From an uncultured Bacilli bacterium (lineage in GTDB: Bacteria; Bacillota_I; Bacilli_A; RF39; UBA660), in assembly GCA_944359705.1 (NCBI GenBank), contig CALVSZ010000002.1:1-40918 (forward strand): a stretch of DNA of 40,918 nt, read 5' to 3'. The notes beneath the pieces were generated by a model. The model worked only from the letters and a program-made list of their open reading frames with translations. It searched no databases and was not told the origin of the DNA. The translations under genes and the position numbers were made by a program. Of this stretch, positions 29,001-35,812 are shown piece by piece. How positions within the stretch are numbered: the first letter of the stretch is position 1; every line of letters begins with the position of its first letter.

Positions 29001-31608
29001 TTTCTACTGGAATAACATTTATACCAGCATTATCAGTTGCATCTGTTATTTTAAAAATATAATATTTTGTTAATATACCATCTGTTTTTTTCTTTAAATC
29101 ATCAATAGTATATCCAAACGTATCTTTAGCTGTTATTTTAAATTTATTATCATAAAAATCACTTTTTATATTAGTATTAAATACTTTTTCACCAATTAAT
29201 TTACCATCTTCTAACTTATCAGTGTTGCTAGCATAAACTTCTATCTTCAAATTAGCTAAATTTAAAGCTTCTATTTCACTATTATTAGTTGATGTTAATT
29301 GGTTTCCTCCTAATGAGAATACATTATCTTCATTACTTATTTTTTCTTCTCCCCAATTAACGGTTAAAGGAACTATCTCTGCTGTTTTTACAGTAAATCC
29401 TTCACCAATTTGAACATCTTCTTGTAATCCATTTCCATCTTTTAAATTAACATCTCCAAACAGTTCAAATACATAATCAGTATTAGCTACTAAATTAGTT
29501 ATTTCAAAATTACTACTTAAAGTAATTGGATCAAACTCTATATTTTGATAATTATATTCAACAGTAGAATTACTAGCCTTATAATATCTAATATAAAGTT
29601 CATTAATTTCCGGGAAGCATTCTCTTCCTTCAATAGGAACAGTACAATTTTTATCTTCAATATATATTGTACCTGAAATAGTTCTAAAGTTTGTTTTTTC
29701 TGAATTTATTTCATATCTTATAGCAGGCACTGCCCCAGATACAAAACTATTACTAAACATTGATTCAATTTCAACTGTTTTTTCATTATCATAATATTCT
29801 AAGACAACATTAAATCTATATGATTGGTTAGATTTTAATTCATTACCATCGATAGGAACATCTACACTTTTAGCATCTTTTGTTTCAATTATTTTAACAG
29901 GTTCATACCCACCTTCTTCAGTTACATCACTATATTCATAGATTTTATATGTAAATTTAGTTAATCCATTATCAGGATCATTAATATTGCCAATAGTTAA
30001 TTTAGCAGAATTTTCTTCTTTGTTAACTGTGGCTTCCAAGCTTTCTAAAATTGGGGCTTTTTTCAAGGTTTTTAAGCTAAGTGCTAAAGTATAACTTCCA
30101 TCTTCTCTATAACTACCTTCATTATTTACATCACTATAGATAATACTACCATACATAACATTTCTAAGAACTCCCGTATAAGAAGTATTAGAATTTAATC
30201 CTTCAAATAATACATAAACTTCCTTTTGATCTTTTGCTTCAATATTTTTAGTTTCAACTAATTCATTATTATTATCATATAATTCTAAATCAAAACTATT
30301 AACGTAAGTATTATCATCCATCAAAACTAAGAATGAAAGTTCTGAAGTAGATGCATAATCTTTTTTCAAATCTAATCCCAAAGTTTCTGTTCTAAATACC
30401 CTTTGAAAGTATTGTCTTTCATATGTTAATTCATCTGTTTGATAATTTCCTACAATAGAAACAATATAATTGGTATCTGGTTCTAAGATGCCTGTCATAG
30501 TCGATATTTCAATTGTATTAGAATCCCCACTTACTGTATCTGTATATACAGTTTTAGCTGTTTTCATATTTGTAATGGAAATATTTAAATCTCCTGTGAT
30601 AACATCATAATTATCTATAACTGCTATTAATAAATCCATTTTATTGGCAGTAACATTTGCTTCTAGTAATTTAAATTGCGGATTTTTTGTAATAGTTACT
30701 TCTGGCTCTTCAGTGTTATCTTCTCCACCTGGATTTTCTGTATCATTACCTCCTATTTGACCCTGATTATTTCCATCTCCTTCACCAGTATTTCCTCCTT
30801 GATTATTATCACCATCTTGATTATTACCATCATCAGGATTTTCTGGTTTTTGTTCTTCTTCTGGAGGTATTATATCAATATTTTCATCACCATTTATAGT
30901 AATTTGTTCTAATGAAACTTTTTCCTCGTTATTAAAATAAATATTTTTATCCCCTAAATTTATAACAGTATTTTCTCCAATATAGAAATAAGTTCCATCA
31001 GCTGTAGCACTTCTTGTATTAACACCATCAGAAATTACTACTACTCCATTCTCTATATAATTAAATTCAAAAAAGTTTTCACTAGAATACAAAATGTCAG
31101 AGTTTCCTGCTAATTTTAAAGTAAGTTTTTCCCCAGATATTATATATTTATTTTCACTTATCTTACCTAACCAATTAGATAAATTTAATTCACCATTTAT
31201 TGTTTTAATGATATACCCATTATTTCCTTTTTCTATTAGTGATTTATTAGTTATATTATAATACGGAATTATGGTTTCATTAATTTTAGACAAATCCAAT
31301 ATAACACCATTTTGCAAATAGGCAATATCACCATTTTTATAATGTATAAAATTATCTAATGAAGATACTGCTTTTTTATCTTCTGTATTGTTAAATACTA
31401 ATTCACCATTTATATTTTCACGATATTCTGTTCCTTCATCAAACCTATCAATTACAGTTGTACCTTTTTCAAAAGAAATAATATATCCACTATTTTGAAA
31501 AGTTGTTTTATTCCCTCTAGTCAAAAAAAATACTAATGCAATTAATATAATTAATGAAGTTATACTAATAGTCATTATAAGTCCAAAACTTCGTTTCATT
31601 ACCTTCAT
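26089..31608 (-). CDS. Giant N-terminally anchored surface protein (1839 aa) with ~15 divergent FN3/Ig-like beta-sandwich modules
   Basis: TM helix FGLIMTISITSLIILIALVFFL, a juxtamembrane domain and a G/N/D/Q/E-rich linker. These are followed by repeated ~95-110-aa modules ending in motifs such as LEPDTNYIVSIVGNY, LNSNTSYTGVLRNV, LKSNQSYRFNVVLEY, LVANTDYVFELFGD, LTNNTRYDIYYKIA and LDDATTYKYKLFAK. Confidence 0.9.
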   Translation of the reverse strand: MKVMKRSFGLIMTISITSLIILIALVFFLTRGNKTTFQNSGYIISFEKGTTVIDRFDEGTEYRENINGELVFNNTEDKKAVSSLDNFIHYKNGDIAYLQNGVILDLSKINETIIPYYNITNKSLIEKGNNGYIIKTINGELNLSNWLGKISENKYIISGEKLTLKLAGNSDILYSSENFFEFNYIENGVVVISDGVNTRSATADGTYFYIGENTVINLGDKNIYFNNEEKVSLEQITINGDENIDIIPPEEEQKPENPDDGNNQDGDNNQGGNTGEGDGNNQGQIGGNDTENPGGEDNTEEPEVTITKNPQFKLLEANVTANKMDLLIAVIDNYDVITGDLNISITNMKTAKTVYTDTVSGDSNTIEISTMTGILEPDTNYIVSIVGNYQTDELTYERQYFQRVFRTETLGLDLKKDYASTSELSFLVLMDDNTYVNSFDLELYDNNNELVETKNIEAKDQKEVYVLFEGLNSNTSYTGVLRNVMYGSIIYSDVNNEGSYREDGSYTLALSLKTLKKAPILESLEATVNKEENSAKLTIGNINDPDNGLTKFTYKIYEYSDVTEEGGYEPVKIIETKDAKSVDVPIDGNELKSNQSYRFNVVLEYYDNEKTVEIESMFSNSFVSGAVPAIRYEINSEKTNFRTISGTIYIEDKNCTVPIEGRECFPEINELYIRYYKASNSTVEYNYQNIEFDPITLSSNFEITNLVANTDYVFELFGDVNLKDGNGLQEDVQIGEGFTVKTAEIVPLTVNWGEEKISNEDNVFSLGGNQLTSTNNSEIEALNLANLKIEVYASNTDKLEDGKLIGEKVFNTNIKSDFYDNKFKITAKDTFGYTIDDLKKKTDGILTKYYIFKITDATDNAGINVIPVENNIYAFKIDDTLIADDILGDPTITAKRNGSLVEIVADFDYNNLNVLFPESDIKLVLGVCNTITNECHDFSPVGVTSGKYTRNIFHTNGTDYNEKDILLKDGNITLNRGNTFKFRFYITVDSDKDGTIDYYYPGRTDKKYVDSSPLKLEKDKPDFKLNVVSSTEDSITYSFRVQDFDKALYKGMDESKYYINYRVGSEEYKVEFENNTDTEFTISGLTNNTRYDIYYKIATIKTGNVDSDVSVDIENKYTFDGFYKEEDLNIEYSITNNQISNKVVVKILPTGNINSVLKRISAFQVLIKDGDSIKYNKTFTNFKECTDDSCVLYKEIKYAEIENFNNRNLTVEVNAIYDNGLIGNTSDIGYLVQQNSNESGQGSYLVLDSQSKLIEATSMPGVYYYQMSGNNATLYNLIDRSNKLYTFDEVSDNENKLFNTRITLAKTYEGMKYGNYTITFKSLSKTSVKPVGDTNFIFYSITPDVSTTYDGVINGADITIDTTGITSNMLSRGFIKEDNKYYIYLELYNNETDELIKTYKKEITVENGYAKETIFNIYNLDDATTYKYKLFAKLDKNGEAYTQLNDIDTCNQGECRPVEYSFTSLRGSELFGNITYNHLSESTEIKYLNRKISFDLTLNNELVNYGKNYDLLINLWENDEIIGTETITNDQIIDNANVKFEFDITNSIDAIYGADYFRLELIAITDTTKEDEYVEIYNNFLVLNELKQPETTISKMSNLVDGVYSIEVGVGIKDSDKVITNGVYTVRLLTNETKTEVAKAENLSVDELKMIKFASSVDNPDKYNIQVDLVPDIKYIIEVSYEIYTNNFSLRQEADLNGQPVDNYIRKTITTNYEVYTTGPSGVSLGSVSGALGTDNIKMTFKNSSNLEKIVSMKYEIYKLSDKVAEGTYKIGEGQENNFVKIDNGTDTLEHEFVISPENITFDLNSLYEVYFTFNVLGEDGSEVPVSTSNNYIEVKGNK

Positions 31609-31635
31609 ATTAAGTAGCCTCCTATTATTAAAATA

Positions 31636-31664
31636 ATTATATCATTTGCGATATTTAAAGTCAA
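31636..31664 (-). promoter_or_regulatory. Sigma-A-type promoter of the surface-protein/F1-like ATPase operon
   Basis: On the minus strand TTGACT, a 17-nt spacer, then TATAAT (ttgactttaaatatcgcaaatgatataat). The RBS aggagg lies at 31618-31623 and the ATG at 31606-31608. Confidence 0.55.
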
Positions 31665-31674
31665 TTATAACCAA

Positions 31675-31705
31675 AAATAAATATCGGAAAATCCGATATT
31701 TATTT
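31675..31705 (-). terminator. Rho-independent terminator of the first TasA-like gene
   Basis: Perfect 14-bp stem aaataaatatcgga/tccgatatttattt with a 3-nt loop. It overlaps the stop codon and has a U-rich 3' side on the minus strand. Confidence 0.65.
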
Positions 31706-32368
31706 ATCTGTAAATGTTGAGGTCAATTTATCACCAGAAACTGCTGTAAATACAACATTACCAGTAAAATCACCATAATCAGTATTATTTTGTGGTACAC
31801 CATTATCACTAATCCAAACTACAATATAAAATGAATAAGTTGTATTTTTAGCAACTAAGCAAGATTCATATAAGACATTATTTTGCATACTATTAATTTC
31901 ACCGTATATTTTAGGCTCAGCATAAAAATCAACAAATGCCCATTTTAAATTAGAATAATTAGAATTATCGGCTGCTATTAAATCAAGATTTCCTTCAAAA
32001 ACAGCACCATAATCACTTTTATTAGTAATATTTATTTTATATATTTGACAAACTTGATCTCCATTTTTATCAACACAATAAACATCATTATTACCTAATA
32101 TAGAACTATTAATTAAACTATCTTTTACAGGAATCATACCATCAACACTATCTTTATTTACCTTTTCTACATTTAAACTAAAATTAACTACTGCTGATTC
32201 TATTTCATGTAATAATTCGCTTTTAGAACTTGCTGTAAAAAAAGCAATACTTATACTTAAACAAGTTACAAAAAATGCTAAAAATAAAAATACAAAATAA
32301 AATACACTAACACCATTTTTTCTTTTTTTATTACTATTATTAACTAAGCTACTTTCCAAATTTTCCAT
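31700..32368 (-). CDS. Secreted protein with a SipW/TasA-camelysin-type signal peptide (paralog 3)
   Basis: N-terminus ...VFYFVFLFLAFFVTCLSISIAFFTASSKSE. It shares FSLNVEKVN, the Cys pair YCVDKNGDQVCQIYKINITN, NLKWAF and a C-terminal GDFTGNVVFTAVSG...TSTFT with the two neighbours. Confidence 0.6.
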   Translation of the reverse strand: MENLESSLVNNSNKKRKNGVSVFYFVFLFLAFFVTCLSISIAFFTASSKSELLHEIESAVVNFSLNVEKVNKDSVDGMIPVKDSLINSSILGNNDVYCVDKNGDQVCQIYKINITNKSDYGAVFEGNLDLIAADNSNYSNLKWAFVDFYAEPKIYGEINSMQNNVLYESCLVAKNTTYSFYIVVWISDNGVPQNNTDYGDFTGNVVFTAVSGDKLTSTFTDK

Positions 32369-32391
32369 TTAGTATCCTCCTATCATAATAA

Positions 32392-32420
32392 AAGAATATC
32401 AAATTTTGATAAAAAAAGCA
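32392..32420 (-). promoter_or_regulatory. Candidate promoter of paralog 3
   Basis: TTGCTT, a 17-nt spacer, then TATTCT preceded by TGn. It has the same layout as the promoters of paralogs 1 and 2, but the -10 box is weak. Confidence 0.35.
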
Positions 32421-32421
32421 A

Positions 32422-32446
32422 TAAAAAAAGTAGATAAAATCCACTT
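32422..32446 (-). terminator. Rho-independent terminator of paralog 2
   Basis: In minus-strand RNA, AAAGUGGA-UUUUA-UCUACUUU forms an 8-bp stem with one G-U pair, followed by UUUUUUU. Confidence 0.55.
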
Positions 32447-32461
32447 TTATTTAAAATATCA

Positions 32462-33109
32462 CTAAGCTGTGAATGAAGCAGAGATTTCACCACTACCAGC
32501 AGCTTTAAATGATACACTTCCAGAATAACTACCAGATTCAGTTCCAGATTGATCTGATTCAGTATTTTCTAGATATATAAGTAAATAATATACTACTGGA
32601 GTATCAGCATTAACAGCTGCACCACTGTGCATATCATAGCCTGTAGCTTTAGCAAAAGTATCATTTTTCAAGAAAGTTTCTGCATTAGTTTCGCTTCCAG
32701 TAAATACAGAATATTTCCAACGATCTTTTGTACCTGCAGTTGTAGTTAAATTATCAATAGTGATACTTGCTGTACTAAGTTGTTGACCAGATTCAGCAGT
32801 AATTCTATATAAATGGCAACCTGTATAACCATCTTTTTCACATTTTGCTTGTAAAGCTTGATTAATACCAGTAGTGTCTCCACCGTTTAAATCAGCAGGA
32901 ACCAAGTCATTAGATGGTGCTGTTCCACCCAAATTAACTTTTTCTACATTTAAAGTAAAGCTAGATGCAACGTCTAATGTCTGTCCAGTAATAGTATTAT
33001 CATTTGTAGCACTTGCGCTAAAAAATGCAAATGTTGCACCAATAATAGCTACTATAAGTGTTGCTACACCTATAACTCCATAAAATATTCCCTTTCCATT
33101 GTTTTCCAT
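32462..33109 (-). CDS. Secreted protein with a SipW/TasA-camelysin-type signal peptide (paralog 2)
   Basis: GVIGVATLIVAIIGATFAFFSASATND resembles the camelysin/TasA signal region (..GGGTFAFFSD..). It contains FTLNVEKVN, KCEKDGYTGCHLYRITAES and GSYSGSVSFKAAGSGEISASFTA. It is visibly more G+C-rich than its surroundings. Confidence 0.65.
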   Translation of the reverse strand: MENNGKGIFYGVIGVATLIVAIIGATFAFFSASATNDNTITGQTLDVASSFTLNVEKVNLGGTAPSNDLVPADLNGGDTTGINQALQAKCEKDGYTGCHLYRITAESGQQLSTASITIDNLTTTAGTKDRWKYSVFTGSETNAETFLKNDTFAKATGYDMHSGAAVNADTPVVYYLLIYLENTESDQSGTESGSYSGSVSFKAAGSGEISASFTA

Positions 33110-33137
33110 TTTTTATCTATCCTCCTTTACATTAATA

Positions 33138-33166
33138 ATATTATCAAAAACAAAAATAAAATGCAA
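33138..33166 (-). promoter_or_regulatory. Candidate promoter of paralog 2
   Basis: TTGCAT, a 17-nt spacer, then TAATAT with an extended -10 TGn. The RBS aaggagga lies downstream. Confidence 0.45.
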
Positions 33167-33187
33167 TAGTTTTTTTACATTTTTTAA

Positions 33188-33217
33188 TGAAAAAAAATTA
33201 AGTTTATACACTTAATT
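33188..33217 (-). terminator. Rho-independent terminator of paralog 1
   Basis: Perfect 8-bp stem aattaagt/acttaatt with a 6-nt loop, starting 2 nt after the stop. A run of 8 U follows on the minus strand. Confidence 0.65.
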
Positions 33218-33218
33218 T

Positions 33219-33899
33219 TTAACCACCCATTGTAAATGTACCAGTAACTCCACTTCCATTTGAAGAAGTAAAGTTAACAACTCCAGTAAATCCACCAACA
33301 TCAGTTTTATTTTGATCTTCTAAAGTATCATCAATCCATATCATTATATAATATGACTTAGTACCAGGAGTAAAATCTAAATCTCCTCCAGTACCTGCTG
33401 GGATATTATCTCCACTTATTATTGTAGTATCTTCTTTGGTAAAGAAAGATTCTTCATCAGTTTTAGGAGTAGATGAATCAGTCATTAATTGCCATTTCAA
33501 ATTAGTAATGCCTTCATTTGTTAATGTCAATGTACCATTTACATTTATAACTGCTTTTCCTTGATTACTTACTTTTAATTCATATATTTGGCAAACAGTA
33601 TTTCCATCCTTATCCATACACATCTTATTACCTGTAGCAGTATCTCCAGCTACAGCATTTGTTAATAATTCTTTTTTAAGCGGGATTAAATCTCCTGAAG
33701 CTTGATCACTTAATCTTGTTACTTCCAAACTTAATCCAACTTTTGCAGCACTACCTTTAATTGTATCATTGTTACTTGCTTGTAATGAGAAATATGCAAA
33801 TGTTGCTCCCACCATAGCCACTACTAAAGTAAGCATGGCAACAATCATATAAAAAGTCCCTTGCCCTTTTCTTTCATTTTTATTTAATTCTTCTTCCAT
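33219..33899 (-). CDS. Secreted protein with a SipW/TasA-camelysin-type signal peptide (paralog 1)
   Basis: MIVAMLTLVVAMVGATFAYFSLQASNNDTIKG, LSLEVTRL, MCMDKDGNTVCQIYELKVSN, NLKWQL and GGFTGVVNFTSSNGSGVTGTFT. Confidence 0.65.
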   Translation of the reverse strand: MEEELNKNERKGQGTFYMIVAMLTLVVAMVGATFAYFSLQASNNDTIKGSAAKVGLSLEVTRLSDQASGDLIPLKKELLTNAVAGDTATGNKMCMDKDGNTVCQIYELKVSNQGKAVINVNGTLTLTNEGITNLKWQLMTDSSTPKTDEESFFTKEDTTIISGDNIPAGTGGDLDFTPGTKSYYIMIWIDDTLEDQNKTDVGGFTGVVNFTSSNGSGVTGTFTMGG

Positions 33900-33924
33900 T
33901 ATTTTCTATCCTCCTTATGTTAAT

Positions 33925-33953
33925 AATATATCAAAATACATAAAAAAAAGCAA
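33925..33953 (-). promoter_or_regulatory. Candidate promoter of paralog 1
   Basis: TTGCTT, a 17-nt spacer, then TATATT with an extended -10 TGn. The RBS aaggagga lies downstream. Confidence 0.45.
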
Positions 33954-33970
33954 TACTTTGTATCACTTTT

Positions 33971-35812
33971 TTATTCAACTGTATCAAATTGTGAATTATA
34001 TAAAGTTGCATAAAAACCATTCTTTTTTAATAATTCTTCATGCGTACCTTGCTCCACAATATCTCCATCATTCATAACCAATATTAAATCAGCATTTTTT
34101 ATTGTTGATAATCTATGAGCAATTATAAAACTTGTTCTACCTTCTAACAATTTATCCATCGCTTGTTGTATTAAAACTTCCGTTCTAGTATCTACAGAAC
34201 TTGTTGCTTCATCTAATATTAATATTTTAGGATTTGCAAGTATTGCTCTTGCAATTGTAAGTAATTGTTTTTGACCACCACTTACATTTGATGTTTCTTC
34301 ATTTAAAATCATATTATATCCTTCAGGAAGGGTTTGAATAAAGTGATGCACATGAGCAGTTTTAGCAGCTTCAATTACTTCATCATCAGTAGCGTCTAAT
34401 TTACCATATCGTAAATTATCCATTACACTACCACTAAATAACCAAGTATCTTGAAGCACCATTCCAAATATTCCTCGTAAATCTTCCCTGTTAAAATTAT
34501 TTATATTATAACCATCAATTAATATTTCGCCATCATTTACTTTATAAAATCTCATAAGTAATTTTACGATAGTCGTTTTACCAGCTCCAGTAGGTCCTAC
34601 TATTGCAACTTTTTGTCCCTTTTTAACTTTAGCATTAAAATTCTTAATTATTATTCTATCAGAATTATAGCCAAATTTTACATTTTTAAACTCAACTATC
34701 CCTTCTACTTTATCTAATTTAACTGGATCTTTTACTTTAATGCTTTCTTCCTCTTCATCTAAAAATTCAAAAATTCTTTCTGCAGATGCTAACATTGATT
34801 GAAGCATATTAGATACTTGTGCAAAATTTAAAATCGGCCTTGTAAAATTCTTAGTATATGAAATAAACGACTGAATATTACCTACTGTAATTTTACCAAG
34901 TATTGTAAAATATGCTCCAACAATAGCTATTAAAACATAACCAATATTACCAACTACATTCATAATTGGATGCATTAAACCAGATAAAAACATACTCTTC
35001 ATTGCTGATTCTCTTAAATTATTATTTTCTTTTTCAAAATTATCAATCATTTTCTTTTCTGCATTAAATACTTTTATAACTGTATGACCAGAATACATTT
35101 CTTCTATTTCACCATTAACATTTGCTAAATATTCTTGCTGTTTTGTAAAATATTTCTGGCTATTTTTCATAATAAAGCCAATTAATGCAATTGAAACTGG
35201 CAGTATAAGTATTGCTATTAATGACATTGTTATATTTATTGTTAACATCATTACAAGTATACCAATTACTGTCACTATTGATGTTACTACTTCCGTAGCA
35301 CTTTGATTTAAATTTTGTGATAAATTATCCACATCATTAGTTATTATTGATAGCGTTTCTCCATGAGTTTTAGTATCGAAATAAGATACTGGCAATCTAT
35401 TTATTTTTTCAGATATCTTTTTTCTTAAATAATATGTATATCTTTGACTAACTTCTGTCATAACCAATCCTTCAACATATGAGAAAATTAAACTAACAAT
35501 GTAAATTATTAATAAGAAAATTAATATTGATCCTATTTTAGAAAAATCAATTCCGGTTCCTCCAGACATTTTACTAATAATTCCATTAAATAATTCAGTA
35601 GTAGCATTTCCAAGTATTTTAGGGCCTACTATTGAGAATATTGTACTTGCAATAGCACAAACAAAAGCAATAACTAATCCAATTTTATACTTAGACATAC
35701 TTCTAAGCAATCTTTTTAAAGTGCCCTTAAAGTCCTTAGCTTTTTCTGTTGAATTTATTCCTCTAGGTCCACTTCTAGGCCCACGCATTTTTTTTGTATT
35801 ATCATTAGCCAT
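33971..35812 (-). CDS. ABC exporter, fused permease/ATPase half-transporter (second subunit of a heterodimer)
   Basis: Six-TM exporter domain, Walker A GPTGAGKTT, signature VSGGQKQLLTIARA and Walker B ILILDEATS. I moved the start from the track's GTG at 35830 to the ATG at 35812 (MANDNTKK...), which lies 8 nt after the RBS gaggagga and overlaps the upstream stop as ATGGCTAA. Confidence 0.85.
   Translation of the reverse strand: MANDNTKKMRGPRSGPRGINSTEKAKDFKGTLKRLLRSMSKYKIGLVIAFVCAIASTIFSIVGPKILGNATTELFNGIISKMSGGTGIDFSKIGSILIFLLIIYIVSLIFSYVEGLVMTEVSQRYTYYLRKKISEKINRLPVSYFDTKTHGETLSIITNDVDNLSQNLNQSATEVVTSIVTVIGILVMMLTINITMSLIAILILPVSIALIGFIMKNSQKYFTKQQEYLANVNGEIEEMYSGHTVIKVFNAEKKMIDNFEKENNNLRESAMKSMFLSGLMHPIMNVVGNIGYVLIAIVGAYFTILGKITVGNIQSFISYTKNFTRPILNFAQVSNMLQSMLASAERIFEFLDEEEESIKVKDPVKLDKVEGIVEFKNVKFGYNSDRIIIKNFNAKVKKGQKVAIVGPTGAGKTTIVKLLMRFYKVNDGEILIDGYNINNFNREDLRGIFGMVLQDTWLFSGSVMDNLRYGKLDATDDEVIEAAKTAHVHHFIQTLPEGYNMILNEETSNVSGGQKQLLTIARAILANPKILILDEATSSVDTRTEVLIQQAMDKLLEGRTSFIIAHRLSTIKNADLILVMNDGDIVEQGTHEELLKKNGFYATLYNSQFDTVE

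Noticed and set aside
30676-33083. Plus-strand ORFs 30676-30912 and 32874-33083
   Set aside because: The first is antisense to the low-complexity linker of the giant protein. The second is antisense to TasA-like paralog 2. Neither has start-site signals.
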